A stretch of 64,000 nt of DNA from Bacillota bacterium (GTDB taxonomy: Bacteria > Bacillota > PH28-bin88), in assembly GCA_040757295.1 (NCBI GenBank), contig JBFLXH010000006.1, positions 23,300 through 87,299 of the forward strand. The letters are read 5' to 3'. The notes under the pieces are model-generated. The model made no database searches. It was not told the DNA's origin and was given only the letters and a program-made list of their open reading frames with translations. The translations under genes and the position numbers were made by a program. Position 1 is the first letter of the stretch; every line of letters starts with the position of its first letter. Below, in pieces: positions 1-9,188 of the stretch.

Positions 1-435
1 TGCGCTATTTGTAATTTCTTTCAAGGTACCGGCTTCTTCCGGCGGAAGATCCGGTACAATGATACCGTCTACCCTTGCTTGTAAAGCCCGGAAGACGAAT
101 TTCTCTAGTCCATATCGATAAATAGGGTTGAAATATGTCATTAATATCAGGGGTGTCTGGATCCTTTCCCGCAATGAGGCCACTAGTCCGAATATTTTCT
201 CTAAGGATATGCCTCCGGCCAGGGCCCGCTGGGCAGCTTTTTGAATTGTGGGGCCATCGGCCACAGGGTCCGAGTAGGGAATCCCCAACTCAATAATGTC
301 AGCCCCGGCATCGGCAAGTTTTAAGACCAGCTTTTCTGTGAATTCAAGGCTCGGGTCACCGCAACTGACATAAGGTATTAGGGCTTTTTGCCCCTTTAAC
401 TTTAGGTTCTTAAAGGTTTGGGTAATCTTACTCAC
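1..435 (-). CDS. trpA: tryptophan synthase alpha subunit, N-terminal part (gene runs off the window start)
   Basis: Reverse translation from GTG at 433-435 gives [32 protein letters not shown]...[17 protein letters not shown], a canonical TrpA N-terminus. Its start overlaps the trpB stop (GTGAGTAA). It is absent from the ORF track because no stop lies in the window. Confidence 0.9.
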   Translation of the reverse strand, partial: MSKITQTFKNLKLKGQKALIPYVSCGDPSLEFTEKLVLKLADAGADIIELGIPYSDPVADGPTIQKAAQRALAGGISLEKIFGLVASLRERIQTPLILMTYFNPIYRYGLEKFVFRALQARVDGIIVPDLPPEEAGTLKEITNSA

Positions 436-1615
436 TTGCTACACCCCCTAGCAATTTACTAACAGTTTGGACATCCTTATCTCCTCGTCCGGATAAATTA
501 ACAACAATTACCTGCTCAGGAGATAAACCTGGAGCCAATTTCATCACGTAGGCAAGAGCATGGGCACTTTCTAGGGCGGGAATAATCCCTTCCAGGCGAG
601 ATAATGTCTGAAATGCCGCTAAGGCCTCTTCATCAGTAATGGCGTGGTATTCAGCCCGGCCGCTATCTTTATAATAACTGTGTTCAGGACCCACCCCGGG
701 ATAGTCCAGACCTGCAGAAATAGAATGAGCAGGCAGTACCTGACCATCGCTGTCTTGCAGGATATAACTCAGAGCGCCATGCAAAACTCCTTTGGTTCCA
801 GCGGTCAAGGAGGCCGCATGGTGGCCGGTATTTATCCCGTAGCCAGCAGCTTCTACACCAACCATTTTTACCTCGCGATCATGGACAAAGGGGTGAAAAA
901 GGCCCAAGGCATTACTTCCGCCGCCCACACAAGCAACTAAATAGTCAGGCAGTTTGCCTTCCCTCTCTAGAATCTGTTGTTTGGCTTCCTCACCGATAAT
1001 GCTTTGGAAATCTCGTACCATAGTCGGGTACGGGTGGGGCCCTACGACAGAGCCAATGACATAATGGCTGTCTTGGACCGAGGCCACCCAGTGACGCAAG
1101 GCCTCATTGGTAGCGTCTTTAAGTGTTTGAGTTCCTGACGTTACTTCTATTACCTGCGCTCCCAACAATTTCATACGAAAAACATTTAAAGACTGTCGCT
1201 TGACATCTTCTGCCCCCATAAAGACCGTGCATTCACAATCTAACAAGGCAGCAGCCGTGGCTGAGGCCACTCCATGTTGCCCTGCTCCTGTCTCAGCGAT
1301 AATTTTCTTTTTCCCCATTTTTTTAGCTAACAGGGTTTGCCCCAGGCTGTTATTGATTTTATGTGCACCCGTATGGTTTAAGTCTTCTCGTTTTAGATAA
1401 ATTTTGGCGCCTCCCAGGTGTTCCGTTAACCTCTTAGCGAAGTAAAAGGGTGTAGGTCTCCCCACGTATGTCTTAAAATAATATTCCATTTCTTCTTTAA
1501 AGCGGGGCTCCTCTTTGTATCGTTCATACGCTGTCTCCAATTCCGTGAGAGCAGACATGAGGGTTTCTGGAACGTATTTCCCGCCAAATTCCCCGAAATA
1601 ACCGGTGTTCTGCAC
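428..1615 (-). CDS. trpB: tryptophan synthase beta subunit
   Basis: 395-aa ORF with the PLP-lysine context HTGAHKINN and the GGGSNA loop. It sits between trpF and trpA. Confidence 0.97.
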   Translation of the reverse strand: MQNTGYFGEFGGKYVPETLMSALTELETAYERYKEEPRFKEEMEYYFKTYVGRPTPFYFAKRLTEHLGGAKIYLKREDLNHTGAHKINNSLGQTLLAKKMGKKKIIAETGAGQHGVASATAAALLDCECTVFMGAEDVKRQSLNVFRMKLLGAQVIEVTSGTQTLKDATNEALRHWVASVQDSHYVIGSVVGPHPYPTMVRDFQSIIGEEAKQQILEREGKLPDYLVACVGGGSNALGLFHPFVHDREVKMVGVEAAGYGINTGHHAASLTAGTKGVLHGALSYILQDSDGQVLPAHSISAGLDYPGVGPEHSYYKDSGRAEYHAITDEEALAAFQTLSRLEGIIPALESAHALAYVMKLAPGLSPEQVIVVNLSGRGDKDVQTVSKLLGGVASE

Positions 1616-2253
1616 TATAATAACCCCCTTGTTCCTTCAATAAAGGATTTTAGCATGATCAAGTCCTTTTTCCCAGGTTCCTTTTCTACGCCGCTGCTGA
1701 CATCAACACCAAAAGGATTGCCCAACCGGATGGCCTGGGCTACGTTGTGGGCATTTAACCCCCCGGCAATGATTACGGGTACTTGATACCATTCCTGTTG
1801 AGAGACCATTTCCCAGTTAAAGGTTTTTCCGGTGCCGCCCAATTGTTCTGGAACATAAGTGTCAAGCAGGATTTTCTTGATGCTGTTGTTTAATATATAG
1901 GTTTTAATCTTATCCCCACCGATCTGGGTATTAACCCGAAAAGCCTTGATGACCTCATAATCCCGCAAGCGGGCGCAGTATTCGGGTGACTCGTCTCCAT
2001 GGAGCTGTAAACCCGTCAGGCCGCAGAAAGCTGCAATTTCACGTACCAGACTAACTTCCTGTTCTGCAAATACACCTATCTTCTCAACTTCCGGCGGGAG
2101 GGCCTGGATTATTTTCCGGGCTAAATCCGGCGCCACTTTACGTTTGCTCGGTGCAAAGACAAAACCTATCGCATTAGCCCCATAGGCTACCGCTGTTTCG
2201 GCGTCAGGCAAGTTTGTAATCCCACATATTTTTATCCACACCATATGATTCAC
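1615..2253 (-). CDS. trpF: phosphoribosylanthranilate isomerase
   Basis: 212-aa ORF with an IKICGIT N-terminus and GVDVSSGVE near the C-terminus. Start and stop overlap the neighbouring trp genes. Confidence 0.9.
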   Translation of the reverse strand: MNHMVWIKICGITNLPDAETAVAYGANAIGFVFAPSKRKVAPDLARKIIQALPPEVEKIGVFAEQEVSLVREIAAFCGLTGLQLHGDESPEYCARLRDYEVIKAFRVNTQIGGDKIKTYILNNSIKKILLDTYVPEQLGGTGKTFNWEMVSQQEWYQVPVIIAGGLNAHNVAQAIRLGNPFGVDVSSGVEKEPGKKDLIMLKSFIEGTRGLL

Positions 2254-3026
2254 CTGCCTACCAGCTCGCGCACTTTTAGGCCTATATCAGGGCTGGTAAC
2301 CAGAGCCTCTCCCACCAGAACGGCATCTACACCTGCTTCAGCCAGCTGCCTAATATGATAGGCTGTTGAAATGCCGCTTTCACTTACCAGTAGACACTGG
2401 TCAGGTACTAAGGCTGCCAGTTCAAGGGTTGTCATTAAATCAGTCTTAAAGGTCTTTAAATCCCGGTTGTTAATGCCTATTATTTCTGCCCCGGCATTTA
2501 CAGCCACTTCTAATTCCAGGGGGGAATGAACCTCTACCAGAGCAGCTAATTCTAAATCACAAGCCAACTTATGCAAGGAAGTTAACTGCTCTTTTTCTAA
2601 AACTGCCGCAATAAGCAGAACCGCATCAGCGCCATAAAGACTGGCTTCGTAGATTTGATATGGGTCAATAATAAAATCTTTGCATAATACAGGTAATCGG
2701 GCAGACTCCTTGACTTGTTTCAAGTGGTTAAGGCTGCCCTGGAAAAATTCCACATCAGTCAAAACAGAGATGGCTGACGCACCATTTTCTTCATAACAGG
2801 CAGCAATTTGTAAGGGGTCAAAGTCTTGCCGCAATACTCCTTTAGAAGGTGAAGCCTTTTTTACTTCCGCAATGAGGCTTACGCCACCTTTGGCTAGGGT
2901 TTTCTTAAAGCTTACCTTCTGGTGTCCGGAGAGGGGTAATTGTCTTTTTAATTCGTCCAGGGGAAGTAGCTTTTTCTTTTGGACTACCTCCCGTTTCTTA
3001 TTGGCAATAATACTATCCAATATCAT
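2250..3026 (-). CDS. trpC: indole-3-glycerol phosphate synthase
   Basis: 258-aa ORF with IAEVKKASPSKG and IGINNRDL motifs, in trp operon context. Confidence 0.93.
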   Translation of the reverse strand: MILDSIIANKKREVVQKKKLLPLDELKRQLPLSGHQKVSFKKTLAKGGVSLIAEVKKASPSKGVLRQDFDPLQIAACYEENGASAISVLTDVEFFQGSLNHLKQVKESARLPVLCKDFIIDPYQIYEASLYGADAVLLIAAVLEKEQLTSLHKLACDLELAALVEVHSPLELEVAVNAGAEIIGINNRDLKTFKTDLMTTLELAALVPDQCLLVSESGISTAYHIRQLAEAGVDAVLVGEALVTSPDIGLKVRELVGR

Positions 3027-3037
3027 TTATGCTCCCC

Positions 3038-4057
3038 CTAGTGTCTTATCCGGTTTGTAGCCTCTATTAATTGCTCCAGTTTTGCCATGGCCCGGCCTGA
3101 GTCAAGAATTTCTTCAGCAATTTTTATTCCTTCGGAAATGTCTTTAGCTATCCCACCAGCCATTAATGCTACCGCCCCGTTGAAAAGGACGATATCTTTG
3201 TAAGGGCTTTTTTTTCCTGCCAGAATATTCCTGGTAATTACCGCATTCTGGCTGGCTTCTCCTCCTTGCAGATCCTCAAGTTTAACTCTGGTAAACCCAT
3301 AATCTTCAGGATTAATTGTAAAAGTCTTGATGGAACCTTGGTGCAAGCAGCTGATTTTTGTGGGTCCCAGGGTGGAGATTTCATCCAAACCGCCGACCCC
3401 ATGGACAACATAGGCAGTTTTTACTCCCAAACGTTCCAACACCTGAGCCATAATTTCCGTTAAATTTGGGTCATAAACCCCCAGCACCTGGACTTTGGCC
3501 TGGGCTGGATTAGTCAGGGGACCTAAAATATTAAAGATACTGCGGATACCCACTTCCCGCCTGGGACCAACAGCATGCTTCATGGCCTGATGGAATACTG
3601 GCGCATATAAAAAGGCGATCCCGATCTCATTTAAGATAAGTTCTACTTCACTGGGCGAAAGGTCAATTTTCACTCCCAGGGCTTCTAACAAGTCAGCGCT
3701 GCCACTTTTGCTGGATACGGAACGATTGCCATGTTTGGCTACGGGTAGACCTGCACCGGCTACGACAAAGGCCACGGTCGTAGAAATATTGAAAGTGCCG
3801 CTGCCATCGCCGCCTGTTCCGCAGGTGTCAATTAATGTACTGTATTTGCTATTTATAGAAAAAGCCTTTGTCTTCATGGCCTGGGCACAGCCGGCAATTT
3901 CTTCAACAGTTTCACCCTTCATTCTTAAGGCTGTAATTAGACTGCCGATCTGGGCGGGAGTAGCTCCTCCTTCCATTACCTGCTCCATTACCTCTTTGGC
4001 CTCAACAAAACTTAAATTCTCTCTCCTTACAACCTTGTTAATAATCTCTTTAATCAT
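3038..4057 (-). CDS. trpD: anthranilate phosphoribosyltransferase
   Basis: 339-aa ORF with CGTGGDG and FNISTT motifs. A strong RBS (GAGAGGAGAG) lies upstream of the ATG at 4057. Confidence 0.95.
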   Translation of the reverse strand: MIKEIINKVVRRENLSFVEAKEVMEQVMEGGATPAQIGSLITALRMKGETVEEIAGCAQAMKTKAFSINSKYSTLIDTCGTGGDGSGTFNISTTVAFVVAGAGLPVAKHGNRSVSSKSGSADLLEALGVKIDLSPSEVELILNEIGIAFLYAPVFHQAMKHAVGPRREVGIRSIFNILGPLTNPAQAKVQVLGVYDPNLTEIMAQVLERLGVKTAYVVHGVGGLDEISTLGPTKISCLHQGSIKTFTINPEDYGFTRVKLEDLQGGEASQNAVITRNILAGKKSPYKDIVLFNGAVALMAGGIAKDISEGIKIAEEILDSGRAMAKLEQLIEATNRIRH

Positions 4058-4117
4058 TTTCTTCTCTCCTCTCTGCTCTACTAAACTCAGCTCGTAGACC
4101 GAACTTTTTGCAGCTTA

Positions 4118-4975
4118 TTATCCCTCTGTGCCTGTTTTCTTTAAGCCACCGGGTATCCCTAAATTTCTACTCATACATAATGCTATATGCTCCAATTCTT
4201 TCATTAATTGAAAATATCGTTCCGGCTTAAGGGATTGAGGACCATCGGACAAGGCTTCACTGGGCCGGGGATGCACTTCGATCATCAGCCCATCTGCACC
4301 GGCTGCAATAGCGGCTTTAGCCATAGGATTAACTAATTCCCACTTTCCTGTTCCATGACTAGGATCAACGATAACAGGCAGATGGGTCAGTTGTTTGATC
4401 ACTGGCACTGCCGATAAATCTAAGGTATTACGGGTGAAGGTCTCAAAAGTTCTAATACCTCTTTCACACAGGATTACTTGCCTATTACCACCTGCTAAAA
4501 TATACTCAGCTGCCATAATCCATTCTTCAATAGTTGCAGACAGGCCTCGTTTTAAGAGCACAGGCTTATTATTCTTTGCTACTTCCCGCAGCAAAGCGAA
4601 GTTTTGCATATTCCTGGCCCCTATTTGGATAATGTCAACATAATTTGCCACTAGGTCCACACTTCTGGTATCCATGACCTCACTAACCAGCAATAAACCT
4701 GCGGCTCTCCCGGCTTCAGCCAAATAATCCAAGCCTTTTTCCTCTAAACCCTGGAAAGAGTAAGGTGATGTGCGGGGTTTATAAGCACCTCCCCTCATAA
4801 TCCGGGCTCCACCTTTTTTAACTATTTTGGCGATTTCTAAAGCCTGATCCCGGCTTTCCACGGAACATGGACCGGCCATAACCTGTAACTCCCGGCCACC
4901 TATCGTTACATCGCCTAAACAGATCACTGTATCTGCTGCTTGAAACTCCCTACTGGCTAATTTATAAAGACCCAT
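4118..4975 (-). CDS. aroF: 3-deoxy-7-phosphoheptulonate (DAHP) synthase, class I-beta type, embedded in the trp operon
   Basis: The ORF carries GPCSVES...[17 protein letters not shown]...DPSH motifs. The track ORF starts at 5017. I place the start at ATG 4975 because it follows the same 17-nt GAGCAGAGAGGAGAGAA initiation region that precedes trpD. Confidence 0.85.
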   Translation of the reverse strand: MGLYKLASREFQAADTVICLGDVTIGGRELQVMAGPCSVESRDQALEIAKIVKKGGARIMRGGAYKPRTSPYSFQGLEEKGLDYLAEAGRAAGLLLVSEVMDTRSVDLVANYVDIIQIGARNMQNFALLREVAKNNKPVLLKRGLSATIEEWIMAAEYILAGGNRQVILCERGIRTFETFTRNTLDLSAVPVIKQLTHLPVIVDPSHGTGKWELVNPMAKAAIAAGADGLMIEVHPRPSEALSDGPQSLKPERYFQLMKELEHIALCMSRNLGIPGGLKKTGTEG

Positions 4976-5013
4976 TTTTTTCTCTCCTCTCTGCTCCTCT
5001 CTGCTAATCTTAC

Positions 5014-5577
5014 TCATACAGCCAAGAAATTCTTTAATATTTCAAAACCATATTCAGTGGCAACAGATTCAGGGTGGAATTGGACTCCAAAAGTAGGATG
5101 GCTGAGGTGTTGTATCGCCATAATGGTCCCATCTCCAGTCCTTGCAATAATTTGCAAATCCTTTGAAGTATGGTCCTTTTCCAATACCAGCGAATGATAC
5201 CGGGTTACCCGGATGCCTTGGGGAATGCTGGAAAAGAGATATTCACCCGAGTGATAGATGAGAGAGGTCTTGCCATGGACCAATTCGTGGGCCGGCACAA
5301 TGGGAAAACCAAACACCTGCCCGATACATTGGTGGCCTAAACATACACCAAGTATAGGGAGTTTTCCGGAAAGTCGGTGGATGATTTCTTTGCAGATCCC
5401 TGCATCATCGGGAGTTCCCGGCCCGGGAGAAATAACGATCTTTTCCGGTCGAAGAGTTAAAATATCCTCAATGGTGACCTGGTCATTCCGTGCCACTTTG
5501 ATGTCTGCTCCCAGTACTCCCAGATACTGGACCAAATTATACGTAAAGGAATCATAGTTATCGATGACGAGTAACAT
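5014..5577 (-). CDS. trpG: anthranilate synthase component II (glutamine amidotransferase)
   Basis: 187-aa ORF with the class-I GATase context GVCLGHQ and a C-terminal FHPES. It overlaps the trpE stop. Confidence 0.93.
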   Translation of the reverse strand: MLLVIDNYDSFTYNLVQYLGVLGADIKVARNDQVTIEDILTLRPEKIVISPGPGTPDDAGICKEIIHRLSGKLPILGVCLGHQCIGQVFGFPIVPAHELVHGKTSLIYHSGEYLFSSIPQGIRVTRYHSLVLEKDHTSKDLQIIARTGDGTIMAIQHLSHPTFGVQFHPESVATEYGFEILKNFLAV

Positions 5578-7054
5578 AAGCTCCCCCTCTTTCCGCCATT
5601 TCCACCGCTTTTAACAAGGCCTTAGCCTTGTTCAGTGTTTCTTGGTATTCTTTCAAGGGATCTGAATCTGCCACAATACCTGCCCCTGCCTGGATATAAC
5701 CAGTGTCTTTTTTCACGACCAGAGTACGAATTGTTATGCATGTATCCATATCTCCTCCATAGGTGATATACCCTACAGCTCCGGCATACGGACCCCTGGG
5801 CGTGGGTTCCAGTGCATCAATAATCTCCATAGCTCTAATTTTCGGGGCTCCGGAAACTGTGCCTGCGGGAAAACAGGCCCTGAAAACGTCCAAGCAGTTA
5901 AAATGGGGCAATAAAGTCCCCGTGACTTTGGAGACCAGGTGCATGACATGGGAATATTTTTCCACCTCCATAAAATTTTCTACTTTTACCGTGCCGTACT
6001 TTGATACTCTGCCTAAATCATTACGCCCCAAGTCTACCAGCATTAAATGTTCTGCTCTTTCTTTCTCGTCACCTAACAATTCTTGTTCCAAATTACATTC
6101 TTGAAACTCGTCTTTGCCCCGGGGCCGGGTTCCGGCAATGGGTCTGATCTCAGCCTTCCCGTTTTCTACCTTAACCAATACCTCCGGTGAAGAACCTACA
6201 AAATAAAGGTCATCCAGTTGTAAATAAAACATGTATGGGGAAGGGTTCAGCGAACGTAAAACCCGGTATATTTCGAGAGAATCTGTCTCCAGTTGGAACG
6301 AGATCCGCTGTGATAAGACTACCTGAAAGATATCCCCTTTCCAGATGTATCTTTTAGCCTCCTTGACCATCTCCTGAAATTGTTCTGAAGTAAGGTTATA
6401 ACTATACTTTAGATTCTTTTGTGGTTTAGCTGTGTTGCTTAACTGGTAATCAGGAATAACAGCATTTAACTTGGCCCTGATCAGCTCTATTTTCTTAACA
6501 GCTTCGTGGTAATCTTGATGGGGATTATCTGTCACTCTGGCGTTTACTACAACCTGGATGACTTGCCGGACATGATCAAAAATTACTAGGGTATCAGTAA
6601 ACATAAACATGCACTCGGGCAAGTCCGGTTCCTCTTTTTTCCCGGGAGGCAGTTTTTCAAAATATCGGGCCATATCATAACCTAAATATCCTACCGCCCC
6701 TCCCGTAAAACTGGGAAGCCCCGGAACTCTAACGGGTTGATACCTTTTTAAGAGTTTTTCTAATTCCTGCAGGGGGTCTTGGGCCACATAGTCAACCGTC
6801 TTTCCTTTTTCAGAGGTTCTTACCCTGCCGTCTTTAGAACTAAAAAGCAGGTAGGGTTCCGAACCTATGAAAGAGTATCTTCCGAGGCTTTGCCCCCTTT
6901 CCACACTTTCCAGCAAAAACCCGTAAGAACCTCTCCTAATTTTGAGAAAGACTGATAATGGCGTTTCTAATGCTGCTGAATACTCTTCATAAACTGGAAC
7001 AAGGTTACCTTTTTGCGCTAACTCAATAAATTCTTCAATACGTGATGGATACAT
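5558..7054 (-). CDS. trpE: anthranilate synthase component I
   Basis: Chorismate-binding enzyme motifs (LLESVE, PSPYMF, GAGIVADSDP). The track ORF begins at TTG 7162. The ATG at 7054 (MYPSRIEEF) has an AGGGGAG RBS and lies downstream of the leader terminator, so I use it as the start. Confidence 0.92.
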   Translation of the reverse strand: MYPSRIEEFIELAQKGNLVPVYEEYSAALETPLSVFLKIRRGSYGFLLESVERGQSLGRYSFIGSEPYLLFSSKDGRVRTSEKGKTVDYVAQDPLQELEKLLKRYQPVRVPGLPSFTGGAVGYLGYDMARYFEKLPPGKKEEPDLPECMFMFTDTLVIFDHVRQVIQVVVNARVTDNPHQDYHEAVKKIELIRAKLNAVIPDYQLSNTAKPQKNLKYSYNLTSEQFQEMVKEAKRYIWKGDIFQVVLSQRISFQLETDSLEIYRVLRSLNPSPYMFYLQLDDLYFVGSSPEVLVKVENGKAEIRPIAGTRPRGKDEFQECNLEQELLGDEKERAEHLMLVDLGRNDLGRVSKYGTVKVENFMEVEKYSHVMHLVSKVTGTLLPHFNCLDVFRACFPAGTVSGAPKIRAMEIIDALEPTPRGPYAGAVGYITYGGDMDTCITIRTLVVKKDTGYIQAGAGIVADSDPLKEYQETLNKAKALLKAVEMAERGGAYVTRHR

Positions 7055-7081
7055 TTTCAACACTCCCCTATAACCAGCGTT

Positions 7082-7113
7082 AAAAACAAAAAATCCAGGG
7101 CTAGCTGCCCTGG
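7082..7113 (-). terminator. intrinsic terminator (attenuator) in the trp leader
   Basis: The minus-strand RNA reads CCAGGGC-AGCUA-GCCCUGG followed by AUUUUUUGUUUUU. It lies about 30 nt upstream of the trpE start codon. Confidence 0.8.
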
Positions 7114-7169
7114 ACAGTCTTGGTAATTGAGCACATTGGAAATAATGTCCAAGATTAGCCAATACTTAC

Positions 7170-7282
7170 CTCTGGCTAAACTACCATTATTCCTAACCTA
7201 AATACTCATCTCAACTCATCTTGTCTCAGCTCGCTCAGCTTGACTAATCAAAGCTTATTTAGTTCTAAACTCAACTCATCTC
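7170..7282 (-). promoter_or_regulatory. (G/U)AG triplet array in the trp leader, candidate TRAP binding site
   Basis: The minus-strand leader contains 16 GAG/UAG triplets. Examples are GAGauGAGuuGAGuuUAG (7282-7265) and GAGuuGAGauGAGuauuUAGguUAG (7217-7193). Many spacers are 2-3 nt. Confidence 0.65.
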
Positions 7283-7308
7283 AACTTCAATTTTTAACGA
7301 TTTTCTTT

Positions 7309-7337
7309 ATTATACCCTAATCTAAAAGTGCAGTAAA
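7309..7337 (-). promoter_or_regulatory. putative sigma-A type promoter of the trp operon
   Basis: Minus strand: -35 TTTACT (7337-7332), a 17-nt spacer, then -10 TATAAT (7314-7309). Two tandem copies of AAAGTTTTTTGCTAA lie just upstream (7339-7369). Confidence 0.5.
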
Positions 7338-7429
7338 GAAAGTTTTTTGCTAAAAAAGTTTTTTGCTAATTGTGATTTATTATGTGCTTTCAGATTGTGC
7401 TTGTGCTCCAGCAGCTTCCTGAATGTATT

Positions 7430-7621
7430 ATAGCCCCGGGAGGTCAGACGCTTTTGCCTGAAGCGGTTGCGAATCGGGTGGCTTGTGTGCCGGGAGTTTC
7501 TTTTTTCTCCCGGGGTGGCGGTGGGAAAAACACCATGCGGCTTAATTTATCTAATTCCACACCTGATAGGATTGCTGAAAGAATTAGCAGGCTGGGCAAC
7601 CTTTTTAAAAGGTATATTTAA
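7430..7621 (+). pseudogene. C-terminal relic of a class I/II (PLP-dependent) aminotransferase
   Basis: The tail ...VACVPGVSFFSRGGGGKNTMRLNLSNSTPDRIAERISRLGNLFKRYI* matches the typical aminotransferase C-terminus (PG..F.....RL.F). The catalytic body is absent upstream. Confidence 0.5.
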
Positions 7622-7748
7622 CCGGACTAATATAGTAGCTAGACGCATCTTAACAACTTCTTAATAACTTTACCATTAGATGTTTGCAAGTCAGGGGTAT
7701 TATCTTAATCAAGGATAAAAAAATCCTAGACTTGAAAGGAGGATTAAG

Positions 7749-8237
7749 ATGCGTAAGAAATTCTGTTTGGCGGTGGTGTTGCTCTTAATTGCTGGCCTCC
7801 TGGCTGCATCCGTGCCAGCTTTTGCTGCTGAAGCTGGCGGAGAGCGAATGGGGTTGGGTAGGTGGAAAGGCGGGTTAATTCAAATAGTTGCCGACTTCCT
7901 AGAAATCGATGTTAAAGACCTGTTTGCCCAGCGCAAGGAGGGTAAATCCTTAACAGAGATAGCCCAGTCCGCAGGGGTTGAACAGCAGGAATTAGTTAAT
8001 CAAGTAATTTCTGTACGCCAGGAACAGCTCAGCCGGTTGGTTGCGGAAGGCAAGATTACCCAGGACCAAGCAGCCCTTTGCACGGAAGCAATGAAGCCTC
8101 GCATTGAAACCAGACTCAACCGAACTTTTGTAGGGCCCGCCGGGGATATGCCCTGGAAAGAAGAATTTATGCAACGGCAAACAATGAATAGGCAGCGAGG
8201 GTTTGGCTTGAGAGGTAAAGCTTGGCAGGCAAAATAA
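7749..8237 (+). CDS. secreted hypothetical protein (signal peptide; possibly DUF2680/YckD-like)
   Basis: 162-aa ORF with an N-terminal signal sequence (LLLIAGLLAASVPAFAAEA). It has an AGGAGG RBS and a terminator downstream. The family assignment is tentative. Confidence 0.7.
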   Translation: MRKKFCLAVVLLLIAGLLAASVPAFAAEAGGERMGLGRWKGGLIQIVADFLEIDVKDLFAQRKEGKSLTEIAQSAGVEQQELVNQVISVRQEQLSRLVAEGKITQDQAALCTEAMKPRIETRLNRTFVGPAGDMPWKEEFMQRQTMNRQRGFGLRGKAWQAK

Positions 8238-8250
8238 CATAGGCCAACTG

Positions 8251-8284
8251 GGGGGGGGGCATTGCCCCCCTTATAAGTTTTTTG
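8251..8284 (+). terminator. intrinsic terminator
   Basis: GGGGGGGGGC-ATTG-CCCCCC followed by TTATAAGTTTTTT, directly after the stop at 8237. Confidence 0.75.
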
Positions 8285-8308
8285 CGGCAGGATTTTTCCC
8301 AAAACTGC

Positions 8309-8424
8309 AATAATATAATGAGCGAGGCCACTAATTATTCATTGAATTACCGTGGCCTCAAAGCGAATTTCATACTCGGCTTCATTATGATAATGCAATT
8401 TTATCCCTTGCCGAGTATATTATT
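8309..8424 (-). repeat. hairpin-repeat family, unit A copy (inverted orientation)
   Basis: The reverse complement reads TATACTCGGCAAGGGATAAAATTGCATTATCATAATGAAGCCGAGTATGAAATTCGCTTTGAGGCCACGGTAATTCAATGAATAATTAGTGGCCTCGCTCATTATA. It is near-identical to the copies at 36388 and 56401. Confidence 0.9.
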
Positions 8425-8472
8425 GCGGTAGCATTTGATGCATGGCCACGAGGCCTGGTTGGAGGGGTATTA

Positions 8473-9165
8473 ATGGCTTGGCATTTGCTTTTGGTGGAGG
8501 ATGAGCCCAAAATTCGTGATATGGTTGTTGCTTACCTGAAAAATGAAGGATATACAATCAGTGTGGCAGCTAACGGCTCAGAAGGCCTGGAGCTTGCACG
8601 GAAATTAAACCCAGATTTAATTATCCTTGATTTAATGCTGCCCGTTATTGGCGGTTTAGAGGTCTGTCGGCAGCTGCGGCAGGAATCCCAGGTTCCTATA
8701 ATCATGCTCACTGCCAAAGCGGAAGAGGTAGACAAACTGCTTGGTCTGGAACTTGGCGCCGATGATTATATTACCAAGCCATTCAGTCTAAGAGAACTGG
8801 CTGCCCGAATACGGGTGGTCTTGCGGCGGAGCGGGCATGGGGTGCCGGGGACATCTCCGCTGGAAGTAATATCTGTCGGTGATTTAACCTTAGACTTAAA
8901 TCAGCGAGAAGTAAAGCTGGGCGGGAAACAGGTTGACCTGACTCCCACTGAGTTTTCCCTTTTGCATGTGCTAATGCGCCATCCTGGAAGGGCCTTCAGC
9001 CGGATGCACCTCTTAGATGCAGCCATGGGTGAAACCTATGCCGGATATGAACGGTCTGTTGATACCCATATCAGCAATTTACGCAGGAAGATTGAACCTG
9101 ATCCGGTCAATCCCAGTTACATCTTGACGGTTTTTGGCGTAGGCTACAAGTTCCGCTCTCGTTAG
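8473..9165 (+). CDS. OmpR-family response regulator
   Basis: 230-aa ORF. The receiver domain shows LLVEDEP and DLIILDLMLP. The winged-helix output domain ends in GVGYKF. Confidence 0.93.
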   Translation: MAWHLLLVEDEPKIRDMVVAYLKNEGYTISVAANGSEGLELARKLNPDLIILDLMLPVIGGLEVCRQLRQESQVPIIMLTAKAEEVDKLLGLELGADDYITKPFSLRELAARIRVVLRRSGHGVPGTSPLEVISVGDLTLDLNQREVKLGGKQVDLTPTEFSLLHVLMRHPGRAFSRMHLLDAAMGETYAGYERSVDTHISNLRRKIEPDPVNPSYILTVFGVGYKFRSR

Positions 9166-9188
9166 TCTTGTGGGGAGGATATTTATCA

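Noticed and set aside
7055-7162. The 36-codon N-terminal extension of trpE in the ORF track (TTG 7162).
   Set aside because: The extension would be translated across the leader terminator hairpin and U-run. A good RBS plus ATG at 7054 begins the conserved TrpE sequence.
7055-7302. A T-box (tRNA-Trp) riboswitch as the regulator of the trp leader, as in many Clostridia.
   Set aside because: No T-box consensus (AGGGTGGTACCGCG-like) or specifier-loop architecture is recognisable. The leader is dominated by GAG/UAG triplets. No Trp-codon leader peptide is present either.
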